Of a stretch of DNA of 64,000 nt, positions 53,924 through 64,000 are shown piece by piece; the stretch's first letter is position 1, and every line of letters starts with the position of its first letter. A program made the translations under genes and the position numbers. This stretch comes from an uncultured Carboxylicivirga sp. (GTDB lineage Bacteria; Bacteroidota; Bacteroidia; Bacteroidales; Marinilabiliaceae), in NCBI GenBank assembly GCA_963674565.1, contig OY771430.1, positions 3,032,879 to 3,096,878 of the forward strand. The letters are read 5' to 3'. Below the pieces are notes generated by a model. The model was given only the letters and a program-made list of their open reading frames with translations, was not told the origin of the DNA and ran no database searches.

Positions 53924-54985
53924 TTAAAATATTCTTCTTCTCTTTTTGCGATATTTACCACCGCTACTATTCGGGTTAGCTGTTTCACTACAAGGAACTG
54001 CTGGTCGCTTACCGCCCATACGAAGATTCCCTTTCTGATTAAATTCAAAAATCATCGAAAGTTCGTGAGCTCCCTGAGTTGCCCAACCTAAATTTGATAT
54101 TGTAATATCATAACTATATCCTACGCGCACCATGCCAAAATCATATGCCAGTAATGCCACAATTGCATCCTGGTTAACTGCCGAGCTTTTTGCTTCATTA
54201 AAAATTGGTAACCCTCTATACCAAAAACCCAGTTCAAGAGGACCATTATACCAATAAAGTCCTACATCCAACTGATTTTGATTTGCCTGATTCTGATATC
54301 TGAATGATGTTGAAAAAGCTCTGTTCATGCCCTTGTTTCTGCGCCTTTCTGTCCATATATTATATCCTCCAAAAACCACTGACTTTAAATCAACCTCAGC
54401 TTTTTCATTCATAAATGAATAATTCGGCTTAGCCAGATGATCAACCGTTACTCCAATCCAGTATTTTGAACTGTAAAAAAATACAGAAGCAGCCAAATCT
54501 ATATATTGAACCTGTTCATTGGTTAACCGATCCCAACCACCAGATCCACCACCAGACCCAGGCGGTTGATCAGGAAAAATAATTTTACTGAAATCGACGG
54601 CTTTATTTCCGTACGAAAACTGAATAGCAGGAATCACCTGCCAATCGCTCGACAATAAAAGGTTATAAGAATATTGAAAAGCTGCCTGTGTGGTAGTCAA
54701 ACCAGCACTACCCGCTTTATCCTGTATCAAATAAAAACCTATTCCACTATTAAAACTGGAAAAGAAATTATCAAAAGAAACAGAGGCAGTGGAAAAAGCT
54801 TCATTAATTGCTGGCCATTGATTACGGTAATTCATAATAAGCCTACCTCCATCTGTTGCTCCTGCTAACGAAGGACTTAAATACAAAGGATTGGCATAGA
54901 ACTGCGAAAAATGCATATCCTGCCCTTTTGCACCAACAAAATAAAAGAGACTTATTATTATATATATACCAACTCTATTCTTCAT
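53924..54985 (-). CDS. PorP/SprF-family T9SS membrane protein
   Basis: QDMHFSQFYANPLYLSPSLAG, NYRNQWP, GYSYDITIS...GAHELS. Confidence 0.93.
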   Translation of the reverse strand: MKNRVGIYIIISLFYFVGAKGQDMHFSQFYANPLYLSPSLAGATDGGRLIMNYRNQWPAINEAFSTASVSFDNFFSSFNSGIGFYLIQDKAGSAGLTTTQAAFQYSYNLLLSSDWQVIPAIQFSYGNKAVDFSKIIFPDQPPGSGGGSGGWDRLTNEQVQYIDLAASVFFYSSKYWIGVTVDHLAKPNYSFMNEKAEVDLKSVVFGGYNIWTERRRNKGMNRAFSTSFRYQNQANQNQLDVGLYWYNGPLELGFWYRGLPIFNEAKSSAVNQDAIVALLAYDFGMVRVGYSYDITISNLGWATQGAHELSMIFEFNQKGNLRMGGKRPAVPCSETANPNSSGGKYRKKRRRIF

Positions 54986-57900
54986 TATCTAAACAAGGTT
55001 ACATCACCCGTGCGGGTTTCAATGGTTCCATTAGAATATTTACAAACAACTTTCCAGATATATACGCCAGCAGCACATAACTTACCCCTGTAATAACCAT
55101 CCCAACCAATCTTAACATCTTCACTTTCGTAAATCAATTCACCCCAACGGGTAAATATCTTCAAATTATATTCAACAACACCATCCTGAACAAATGGGTA
55201 AAATACAAAATTATCAGGATCACCTGCCGTATATTGCCCACCATTGGGACCATTGGGATTTGGTGTAAACGCATTCGGAAAATCAATCTCTCCGGCAGCT
55301 TCAGCCACAACTGCGCTCCTTATAATACGTTCGTTTGTACAACCTTTATCATTCTCAACCAGCAGTGTAACATCGTATGTGCCGGGTTCCTGATACAAAT
55401 ATTGAATGGAATGTTCTGTTGAAGTATTACCATCTCCAAAATCCCATAAATATGCAACTGCACCTTCTGACTTATTGATAAAAGAAACAGTTTGTGGCAG
55501 TTTAACTTTTATTGGTCTTACCTCAAAATCAGCTACCGGAACTTCAAAAACAGTAACCGTTACATCATCCGCTTCAATTACTCCTCCTGACCCTTCAGCA
55601 GTTAAAGTCACCTTATAATCACCGGTAGTATAATAGGTATGAGTTGGCTCTTTCTCTGTTGAAATATTTCCATCTCCAAAATCCCAAAGAAAAGTATGAG
55701 CATCTATACTATTATTATAAAATTTAACAGTTAAAGGTGGACAGCCCAATGTATCAGGGCCGTAATCGATGGTTGGTAACATTGGCAGAATTTCAACAGC
55801 TTCATAAGTTGAATCGGAACAATGCTCACCCTTCACAACTAATTTAATATCAAAATCACCTGATTCGGCATAAGTATAAGAAACAGGATTTTGTCCTTCA
55901 TAACTATCTCCATTGCCCCACCACCATGTATAATTCCATCCTGAATGAGCCGTTGTATTTTCAATAGTAACCGTTGAATTCGGCATTTGCTGACTCTTTG
56001 GACTGGCATTAAAAGAAGCATCAGGAGTTTTGTAAACCGTCACATTGGTATAGGCAGTATCTTTGCACCCAAACGAAGATTCTGCTATCATCGACACATC
56101 AAAAACCTGATCATTTAAGGTAGAATTCAAAAAGATATTCTTACCTGTATAAGAAGTCGATGAATTTCCATCTCCAAAATTCCAATAGAACTTATTAGCT
56201 CCTTCAGAATTATTAATGAAACTTTCTTCATAAGGAGAACAGCCTTGCTCACCATCACTAATCGATGCCATAACTTTAGGAAATACCTGAACAATCGTTT
56301 CTGAAGAATCTTTACATGCATAGCTATTACCCACCACCAAACGGGTAGTATAATTTGCCATGGCATATTCATCGTTATCATAAACATGGACTATATTAGA
56401 ACTTCCTGCAACCTCCTGTAACGTTCCATCACCAAAATACCACTTGCTATATTCAGCACCAATGGATGAATTAGTAAGCTCCACATTCAATGGGGCACAT
56501 CCTGAAGAAGGTGTGGTTTGAAAACTACTAACGGGACTAGGATTTACTGTTACAGTTGTGTATGCAGTATCTTTACATCCATACGAAGAAGTAGCAGTCA
56601 TTGCTACGTTAAACACAGAAGGCTCAGTACCCGTATTTATAAATTCATTTATTCCGTTATAGCTATTAATTGTATTGCCATCACCAAAATCCCATGAAAA
56701 ACTAACTGCACCAGCTGATTCATTTAGAATTGTTTCCACAAATGGAGAACATCCAATACCTCCATCAGAGATACCTGCCTGAACAGCCGGAAATGCTTTT
56801 ACTACTGAAGTTGACGAATCTTTACAACCAAAACTATTTTCAACCAATAGTTTTGCTGTAAATGTTTTCAAATCCAACTCTTCATTTAAATAGGTATGAG
56901 AAACCGATCCAGCAGCAGCTATGTCAGTTGACTGCCCATCTCCAAAGAACCAATGACTTGTACCAGCACCCTGTGATTCATTTGTAAAATCAACCAATAA
57001 TGGTGCACATCCTTCAGTTGGAGTACAAGAAAACATACTAACAGGACTTGGATTAACAGTAATAACTACCTGAGCCGTATCAAGACAACCAAACACTGAT
57101 GAAGTGTATAAATTCACATCAAAGCTTTTACTACCTGCTGTTGTATTTTCAAAAATATGAGATATAGCATTTATACCAGACACTATCGTTCCATCGCCGA
57201 AATCCCAGTTATAAGAATAAGCACCAGGATCACCTGAAAAATCTACTTTCAACGGATGACACCCTTCAATAGGTTCAGCAGTGAAGTCATATCCAACCAA
57301 TGGATAAACGGTAATATAGGTACTAGATGTATCCGGACAACCATAGGTATTATTCACTGCCAGTTTAACCTCATAAGATTTTACAAACGTTTCGGAGTTA
57401 ATAAAAGTATGCGATACATCTTCGTCTGCCGAAGCTGAAGAACCATCACCAAACGTCCATTCATATTCAGTAGCACCTACCGATTCATTTGTAAAATCAA
57501 CCAATAACGGACTACATCCCGGTGCCGGATCATTACTGAATTTTGAAATTGTATTTGGATTAACGGTAATGGTATATTCAACCGAATCTCGACAGCCATA
57601 ATTACTATATGCTAAAAGCTTTAACGTATAATCGGCCGGCACCTGTAATGGATTTGAAAAAGTATGTGATGGATTAACCTGATTAGAACCAAAACCATCT
57701 CCAAAATCCCAAAGATAAAAATCCGCATTTTGAGATTGATTCACAAATTGATTAGAATAAGGGCTACATCCTGCATCATCAAAAGGACCTACTTCAGCTG
57801 TAACCACCGGATAAAAATCAATTGTTACAGTATCGCCACTTTCGCAGATATCGTTTATTTCTACCCAGGCAAACTTATATTTACCCGCAAGATCAACTGA

Positions 57901-59904
57901 CACGTTTGTGTTTGCATCCAGATTATTATCAAAAGTTGAAGATCCAGGCCCAGTAACCTGTTTCCATAAACCAGCACCAATATCCGGAGTTGCCACTAAT
58001 AACATATCCAATCCACAGGTATCTGCATCATTCATTACCTGAGGATTTGGAATTTGCACAAACGACACCTGCACCTCATCAACATCTGTACAACCATTGT
58101 TATCTTCTGTCCATTGAAATATATAATCACCATAGGTATCAACTATAACCAATGAATTAGGATCTCCCAAATCAGAAACTGAAGCATTACCTGGTCCGGT
58201 TACAAGAGACCATGTGCCGGAACCTGTTGTTGGAACTGCCTCAAAGTAATATCTCAACCCACAAGACTTAGAATCAGGTCCTGCATTTGCAATCGGTGTT
58301 TCATAAACAACAACCGTTATACTATCAGAATCCTCACATCCATGACTATCTAAAACATAGTATTGAAACTTAAACGTTCCGGCTTCGGTTGCATTAAAAA
58401 CAGGATTTTCAACATCTGTTGCCGAAAGCAGATCAGTTCGGTCTCCAGTCCATGTATGTTGTATATAAACTCCAGATCCACCAACAGGATTAGGTTCAAT
58501 AGCTTTAGACGAGCCTTTACACAATTCAATATAATCATTGGCAAAGATGATGTCTACAGAATCTACCATTACTAATATAGTATCTTCATCATAGCAAGAA
58601 TTATCATCTGTTACCCGATAAATCAATTCATAATTACCTTCAACAGACGTAATAAACTGAGGAGTTTGTGAATTTACATTATTTAATGGTGCCGTATCTC
58701 CTTTCCAGAGATGAGTATATGGCAATGCTCCACCCGATGGATTTCCATCAAGATCAAGCTGTGTTCCCGGACATAAGTAAACGGGAGATCCCGTTGTAAT
58801 ACTTGCTGATGGTGCAGCAATTACTTCAACAACAACCTGACCTGTTGCACTACAACTATTTCCATCTTCTACATAATAGTCGATTGTATGTGTACCAGCT
58901 CCTGCTGCAGAAGGGTCAAATATTCCTGCATTAGTATCAATAATCCCAGGTCCAGACCAAACACCACCTGATGTAACAGCAGTAAGGGTAACAGGGTCTT
59001 CATTCTCACAGAAGGGACCGGCCGGATTCACTGTTCCATCCGGAATATCAACTATTAAGGCAATTGCAGTTGTTATTACAGGAGGATGATCTCCATTTAT
59101 CGGATCGGCGGGAGTTCCCGGAATATTCGGATCATCATACGGATTACATTGATTCCAGTTCCGAAGTGTTATTTCGAAATAGTCTCCAACATTATAATTA
59201 TTTGGAATATAAATAGGTAATGCAGTGTTTAAAGGCGGTACCGGACCATAAATAGGTTCGGTGGTAACATCAACGGTGCCAGTCATTGGATAAGTTTCTA
59301 AAACCCCATTTACCAAGGCAGTGTTAATATTAGTCCCTCCTGTTCCGTATATCCATTGAATCCATCTTTTACGTTCGTTAATAAAGTCATTTTCATCTGG
59401 TGGAGTACAATTCCACTGACTGTTATCTACAAAAGTAACCGTACCATCATTACCAACACAAATAGGAAAAACCAAAGGATCAATGGCCATTTCTCCGCCA
59501 TTATATTCATCCGTATCCCAAACAGTTACATTCTGTGTTTGTATACTACTTGTACACTCAACACCATTAACAACTAACGAAACATTGGGCTCGTAATTAC
59601 ATTTATCACCCGCTATAGGATATACATGAGAATATGTTAGTGTCCACTCATTACCACTTGTATTGATAGCAGGAATAATTTCAGCCGGATTACCATCATC
59701 CCACCGAAAAATGAATTCAACACTGGTTCCTGCATTATTAACTCCTCTATAGGTTACAGTCCAGTCAACAGTTACCGGTGCACATAGTTTATCCGGTATT
59801 ATATCGTTTGCTTTTGATATAATATTACAATCCTGCCCCTTTCCAGTAACAAATAGAAAAAGCAGGTAGAATAATATTAAAAGAGCTCTTTTTTTACCGT
59901 CCAT
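54985..59904 (-). CDS. PKD-repeat protein with gliding-motility (T9SS type B) C-terminal domain
   Basis: Many GCxPxxVxFxNxS...YxWDFGDG PKD repeats. C-terminal FPNAFTPN...YNLKIFTRWGELIY...GWDGYYRG...GVYIWK...GDVTLFR. Confidence 0.92.
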   Translation of the reverse strand: MDGKKRALLILFYLLFLFVTGKGQDCNIISKANDIIPDKLCAPVTVDWTVTYRGVNNAGTSVEFIFRWDDGNPAEIIPAINTSGNEWTLTYSHVYPIAGDKCNYEPNVSLVVNGVECTSSIQTQNVTVWDTDEYNGGEMAIDPLVFPICVGNDGTVTFVDNSQWNCTPPDENDFINERKRWIQWIYGTGGTNINTALVNGVLETYPMTGTVDVTTEPIYGPVPPLNTALPIYIPNNYNVGDYFEITLRNWNQCNPYDDPNIPGTPADPINGDHPPVITTAIALIVDIPDGTVNPAGPFCENEDPVTLTAVTSGGVWSGPGIIDTNAGIFDPSAAGAGTHTIDYYVEDGNSCSATGQVVVEVIAAPSASITTGSPVYLCPGTQLDLDGNPSGGALPYTHLWKGDTAPLNNVNSQTPQFITSVEGNYELIYRVTDDNSCYDEDTILVMVDSVDIIFANDYIELCKGSSKAIEPNPVGGSGVYIQHTWTGDRTDLLSATDVENPVFNATEAGTFKFQYYVLDSHGCEDSDSITVVVYETPIANAGPDSKSCGLRYYFEAVPTTGSGTWSLVTGPGNASVSDLGDPNSLVIVDTYGDYIFQWTEDNNGCTDVDEVQVSFVQIPNPQVMNDADTCGLDMLLVATPDIGAGLWKQVTGPGSSTFDNNLDANTNVSVDLAGKYKFAWVEINDICESGDTVTIDFYPVVTAEVGPFDDAGCSPYSNQFVNQSQNADFYLWDFGDGFGSNQVNPSHTFSNPLQVPADYTLKLLAYSNYGCRDSVEYTITVNPNTISKFSNDPAPGCSPLLVDFTNESVGATEYEWTFGDGSSASADEDVSHTFINSETFVKSYEVKLAVNNTYGCPDTSSTYITVYPLVGYDFTAEPIEGCHPLKVDFSGDPGAYSYNWDFGDGTIVSGINAISHIFENTTAGSKSFDVNLYTSSVFGCLDTAQVVITVNPSPVSMFSCTPTEGCAPLLVDFTNESQGAGTSHWFFGDGQSTDIAAAGSVSHTYLNEELDLKTFTAKLLVENSFGCKDSSTSVVKAFPAVQAGISDGGIGCSPFVETILNESAGAVSFSWDFGDGNTINSYNGINEFINTGTEPSVFNVAMTATSSYGCKDTAYTTVTVNPSPVSSFQTTPSSGCAPLNVELTNSSIGAEYSKWYFGDGTLQEVAGSSNIVHVYDNDEYAMANYTTRLVVGNSYACKDSSETIVQVFPKVMASISDGEQGCSPYEESFINNSEGANKFYWNFGDGNSSTSYTGKNIFLNSTLNDQVFDVSMIAESSFGCKDTAYTNVTVYKTPDASFNASPKSQQMPNSTVTIENTTAHSGWNYTWWWGNGDSYEGQNPVSYTYAESGDFDIKLVVKGEHCSDSTYEAVEILPMLPTIDYGPDTLGCPPLTVKFYNNSIDAHTFLWDFGDGNISTEKEPTHTYYTTGDYKVTLTAEGSGGVIEADDVTVTVFEVPVADFEVRPIKVKLPQTVSFINKSEGAVAYLWDFGDGNTSTEHSIQYLYQEPGTYDVTLLVENDKGCTNERIIRSAVVAEAAGEIDFPNAFTPNPNGPNGGQYTAGDPDNFVFYPFVQDGVVEYNLKIFTRWGELIYESEDVKIGWDGYYRGKLCAAGVYIWKVVCKYSNGTIETRTGDVTLFR

Positions 59905-60204
59905 AAAGCCTTTCTAATATTAGTGTCGTACTTACATTGGCAAACGATAAAGAAACTATTGTATTGTTCAATGTTGGAGTTATCGTTAAACCGTGATTTT
60001 TGTCAGGTTTGATATTTTTCTGCAAAACGCTGAGTTTAATCATTTTTTAAACCCCGTTTCCTTGCAAATTTTACACAACCCAATTAACATACCCAACCGA
60101 AAAAATTCCTTTATCGGAGAGCATTGACTGTAGTACGGCATATAATGTATTATAGTTCCGTTTAACAGGTTATTTTTTCGTTGTGTTTACAAATATATCA
60201 AGCT

Positions 60205-61116
60205 ATGATCAATAAATTAATTGCACAGACGATACCATTCTTCCCCAAAAAATTCGTGTGGATTTTTTCAAAAAAATACATTGCCGGGGAAACAATCGAA
60301 GAAGCAATATCAGCCTCCAAACAGCTTAATGACAAAAACATAGCTGTTACAATTGACCTTTTAGGCGAATTTATTAAAAACATTGAAGAAGCAAAAGAAA
60401 ATAAAGATAATTACCTGAATATTATTGAGCAATTTGAGGCTAACAAGGTGCGGGGAAATTATTCGCTAAAACCTACCAGCTTTGGCCTTTTAATTGATAA
60501 AGAAGTATGTTTTAACTATATCAGGGAGATTGTAGCAAAGGCTGCTGAATATAATAACTTCATACGAATTGATATGGAGGATTCGGCATGTGTAGATTTA
60601 GAAATTGAATTATACAGAAGATTAAAGGCCGACTTCCCTAAAAACGTTGGTTTGGTGGTTCAGGCCTATCTTAGACGTACATACTCAGATCTGGAGAAGT
60701 TAATGGATATTCACAACGAAGAAACGCCATTAAACTATCGTTTGTGCAAAGGAATCTATGTTGAACCGAAAGAAATTGCTTTTAAGGATCCTAAAAAGGT
60801 AAATGAAGCATACCTGAAGAATTTGGAATATTTACTTACTAATAAAGTATTTGTTGGTATTGCCACACATGACAGAAAACTTGTTGAAGGCGCTTATCAG
60901 ATTATTGAAAAGCATAACATTCCTAAAAATCAGTTTGAATTCCAAATGTTATATGGCGTTACACCTGAATTGAGAAAAGAAATTCTTGATAATGGATACA
61001 GTATGCGAGTTTATGTTCCATATGGTAAAGATTGGTTTGGTTATAGTACACGAAGACTAAAAGAGAATCCGAAAATGGCAAGCCATATTATTAAATCTTT
61101 GTTTGTTCGAGGTTAG
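60205..61116 (+). CDS. Monofunctional proline dehydrogenase family protein
   Basis: KYIAGET, IRIDMED, QAYLRRT, RLCKGIYVEP, IATHD, EFQMLYG, RRLKENP. ATG 60205 is preferred over TTG 60181. Confidence 0.92.
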   Translation: MINKLIAQTIPFFPKKFVWIFSKKYIAGETIEEAISASKQLNDKNIAVTIDLLGEFIKNIEEAKENKDNYLNIIEQFEANKVRGNYSLKPTSFGLLIDKEVCFNYIREIVAKAAEYNNFIRIDMEDSACVDLEIELYRRLKADFPKNVGLVVQAYLRRTYSDLEKLMDIHNEETPLNYRLCKGIYVEPKEIAFKDPKKVNEAYLKNLEYLLTNKVFVGIATHDRKLVEGAYQIIEKHNIPKNQFEFQMLYGVTPELRKEILDNGYSMRVYVPYGKDWFGYSTRRLKENPKMASHIIKSLFVRG

Positions 61117-61178
61117 CACCTAAATATTTAAACCAAGTAAAAAGGCTATTCAATAATTTGAATAGCCTTTTTTTATGA

Positions 61179-61427
61179 TTAACATCTTCCTCTTGAACAT
61201 GGACTATTTGTGACAAACAAACCAAATAACCCTCCCACAATAACATGATTTAATACTTCACCCATCTCTATAGCCGAAACAGTTTTGGCATCTGTCAAAT
61301 AATAAACAACAAAACCAATTACTGCACCACCAACCATGTAAATGGCAGTTTTTTGAATATGTTTAGATTGTAATGTTCTTCTTAACCAAGAACCTTCCGG
61401 TTTTAAATCTAATTTTTTAAATTCCAT
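61179..61427 (-). CDS. Small two-TM hypothetical protein with Cys-containing tail
   Basis: 82 aa, two hydrophobic helices, ends NSPCSRGRC. Has its own terminator-like hairpin at about 61140-61175. Confidence 0.7.
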   Translation of the reverse strand: MEFKKLDLKPEGSWLRRTLQSKHIQKTAIYMVGGAVIGFVVYYLTDAKTVSAIEMGEVLNHVIVGGLFGLFVTNSPCSRGRC

Positions 61428-61601
61428 ATCTACATATTTAGATTTTTCAATACAAACATAAACATTCCATTTGAATTCAAAAAATCAAATTACAATTCAC
61501 CTGTAAACCAATGAAATGCTAAAACACGTTAAATTTTATTATCTAGATATTTACATTTTTATATTTATCTTACATTTGCTCAAAATATTAAACATTACTC
61601 T

Positions 61602-62045
61602 ATGGAAATTTATAATTATTTCGAGTACAACAATACATTATCAGCTGGAGGCCAACCTACAGTAGATCAAATTCAAGAATTAAAAAACAAAGGTTTCGAA
61701 GCCATTGTGAGTCTATCTCCTGTAAGCACAAAAAATTATCTGCATAACGAAGCTGAACTAACTGAAAAATTAGGAATAGATTTTATACATTTCCCTGTTG
61801 ACTGTAGTCAGCTTCAACCAATCCATTACACAACCTTCAAAGGAATTATGCATGGTTTGAATGGGAAGAAAATATTCGTCCACTGTGGAGGAAACATAAA
61901 GACATCAAACCTGATTCATATGTATAAAGTATTAGAATTAGGTGTTAATGAATCAGATTCATTAAACGAATTGAAACAAATTCAAAATCCTGAAGAAAAA
62001 TGGTTCAGCTATTTTAAATCATTCGGGATGCAAGGATTAAACTAA
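61602..62045 (+). CDS. Cys-based phosphatase-like / DUF442-like protein
   Basis: SAGGQPT, GFEAIVSL, FIHFPV, and IFVHCGGNIK. Promoter box TACATTTG at 61571-61578. Confidence 0.75.
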   Translation: MEIYNYFEYNNTLSAGGQPTVDQIQELKNKGFEAIVSLSPVSTKNYLHNEAELTEKLGIDFIHFPVDCSQLQPIHYTTFKGIMHGLNGKKIFVHCGGNIKTSNLIHMYKVLELGVNESDSLNELKQIQNPEEKWFSYFKSFGMQGLN

Positions 62046-62076
62046 TTTCAGGGCTGTCTCATGACAGCCTTTTTTA

Positions 62077-63369
62077 TTACTTAAGAATGGGTAATTTCCT
62101 AAATAACAAAGTTTGAAACAGTCCTCTCCCAAGCATAAAACTATTCATGGCTAACCACAATGCATGATTCCCAAGGTTAGATTTTAATAACAAAAATATC
62201 GCAAAAAACACCAAAGTTGCCATCAGCATAGTGTTCCTCATTAGTCTTGAGGCTGTAGCACCAATATAAATTCCATCCCATATAAATGATGAAAAACCGG
62301 TCAAAGGCAAAATAATCAGCCATGGCAAATATTGCACAGCTACTTCTATCACTTCATTCTGATTGGTAAACAACAACAATATTGATTTACCTCCAAAGGC
62401 AAATAATAATACGAACAGAATGGCAAAACTTCCTCCCCACACAAAAAGCAACCTGATTACCCTTTTTACCTGTATCTGATTACGACTACCTGTAAACTTT
62501 CCAACAAGTGCTTCGGCTGCATAAGCAAAGCCATCCAGAAAGTAAGAAAACAAGAATAAAAATTGCAATAAAGCACTATTGGCGGCAAGAACCAAATCAC
62601 CAGTACCGGCTGATTTAGATGTAAAAAAAGTAAATACAATGATCACACACAATGTCCGAAGAAAAATATCTCCACTAACATTCAGAAAAGATAGCAAACC
62701 CGATCGTTGCAGAATATTCCTGATATTAAAATAGGAGAGTATGTATTTATATTTCTTCAGAAACAATATACCTGAAAGAATAATTCCAACGTATTGCGAA
62801 ACAACTGATCCCAATGCTACTCCTTCCACCTTCATATCGAACCCTTTTACCAAAATAAAAGAGGTAATAATGTTTACTACATTAATAGTGACTGAAATAA
62901 TCATTGGATACATGGCATTTTGCATTCCCAAAAACCACCCATTAATAACCATTAATGCAATAGCTGCAGGAGCCGCCCAAATACGAACATAGAAATAATC
63001 ACTTGCCAGCGCTTTCACTTCTTCACTTCCTTCCAACACCAAAAAGCTTAAGCTAATGACCCCTTTTTGAAGAATGAGCAAAATAAATCCGGCTGATAAT
63101 GCCAGGAATAATCCTCTGAAAAGTAGCATTGACATTTCTGATTCACTCTCCTTTCCATAAGCCTGAGCAGCCATTCCACTTAAACTCATCCGCAAAAAAG
63201 CAAATCCCCAATACACAAAATTAAAGATCACTCCTCCCAGTGCTACTGCACCCATAAAAGAAGCACTATCCTGATATCCCATTAAATGCATATCAACCAT
63301 CCCCAGTAATGGCACTGTGAGATTGGTTAGAATGTTAGGAATAGCCAGGCGTAATATTTCACGATTCAT
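62077..63369 (-). CDS. MATE family efflux transporter (DinF-like)
   Basis: ILRLAIPNILTNLTVPLLGMVD, FLRM, and SYFLDGFAYAAEALVGK; about 12 TM segments. Confidence 0.93.
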   Translation of the reverse strand: MNREILRLAIPNILTNLTVPLLGMVDMHLMGYQDSASFMGAVALGGVIFNFVYWGFAFLRMSLSGMAAQAYGKESESEMSMLLFRGLFLALSAGFILLILQKGVISLSFLVLEGSEEVKALASDYFYVRIWAAPAAIALMVINGWFLGMQNAMYPMIISVTINVVNIITSFILVKGFDMKVEGVALGSVVSQYVGIILSGILFLKKYKYILSYFNIRNILQRSGLLSFLNVSGDIFLRTLCVIIVFTFFTSKSAGTGDLVLAANSALLQFLFLFSYFLDGFAYAAEALVGKFTGSRNQIQVKRVIRLLFVWGGSFAILFVLLFAFGGKSILLLFTNQNEVIEVAVQYLPWLIILPLTGFSSFIWDGIYIGATASRLMRNTMLMATLVFFAIFLLLKSNLGNHALWLAMNSFMLGRGLFQTLLFRKLPILK

Positions 63370-63585
63370 TCTTATTTTTTAATTGAGCCACGAATATAAC
63401 CATACAATTATGAATAAAAAAAGCCCGTGTATATTGCTGAATTTCTGAAAGAATTAAAAAAAGTTGCTTTTTTATTGAACATTTTAGGATGTTTTTATCT
63501 TTATTATTTGGACTGAATCTAATTAAATAATATTTTTGGATTCGTAAGTCTTTTAATTTGATAACCTAATAAAATATAAAAAGAC

Positions 63586-64000
63586 ATGGCATTTGAATTA
63601 CCAAAATTAGATTATGCATACGACGCTTTAGAACCAAATATCGATGCTAGAACTATGGAGATTCACCATACAAAACATCATGCTGCTTACACAACAAACC
63701 TTAATGCAGCAATTGAAGGCACCGATTTAGCAGGTAAAAGCATTGAAGATATTTTAGCAAACATTTCTGACCTATCGGCAGCAGTGCGAAACAATGGTGG
63801 CGGATTTTTCAACCACAACCTGTTCTGGAAAGTTATGTCACCTAATGGCGGCGGCCAGCCATCAGGTGATTTGGCAGCTGCAATTGACAAAGCCTTTGGA
63901 TCATTCGATCAGTTTAAAGATGCTTTTTCAAAAGCTGCAGCAACTCGTTTCGGTTCAGGTTGGGCATGGTTGGTTAAACAATCCAGCGGTGAGCTGGTTG
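63586..64000 (+). CDS. Fe/Mn superoxide dismutase (5' part; runs off the window edge)
   Basis: Not in the ORF track. Manual translation gives [35 protein letters not shown]...[13 protein letters not shown]...[11 protein letters not shown]. Confidence 0.95.
   Translation, partial: MAFELPKLDYAYDALEPNIDARTMEIHHTKHHAAYTTNLNAAIEGTDLAGKSIEDILANISDLSAAVRNNGGGFFNHNLFWKVMSPNGGGQPSGDLAAAIDKAFGSFDQFKDAFSKAAATRFGSGWAWLVKQSSGELV

Overview
Chromosomal window from an AT-rich Bacteroidota genome. Gene content and promoter motifs fit a Marinilabiliales-like anaerobe, though this is an inference and the 16S was not classified. From left to right it holds: housekeeping genes (partial purF, SPOR protein, universal stress protein, miaB, AhpD-like protein, acyltransferase, aspS, tadA); a complete minus-strand rRNA operon (16S-tRNA-Ile-tRNA-Ala-23S-5S) whose spacers are filled with 7-bp-periodic tracts; three giant paralogous T9SS cargo genes (3294, 1949, 1887 aa) sharing a ~450-aa C-terminal module, with an orphan response regulator among them; an orphan mesaconyl-CoA-hydratase-like double hot-dog protein; an AmmeMemoRadiSam locus with an AmrB-AmrA fusion; three tandem tRNA-Lys genes; a cytochrome b / Rieske / octaheme-c-TPR operon; hsp20; a PorP/SprF plus PKD type-B T9SS pair; proline dehydrogenase; a MATE transporter; and a partial Fe/Mn SOD. 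The best candidates for undescribed biology are (1) the Rieske/cytochrome b complex coupled to an octaheme-TPR protein, (2) two tandem ~78-nt sRNA-like units whose 5' seed is antisense to AUG-AAA-AAA start regions, and (3) an unannotated terminator-bounded minus-strand transcript beside hsp20. No CRISPR array, transposase or integrase was seen. All family calls come from motif recognition by eye; no searches were run.
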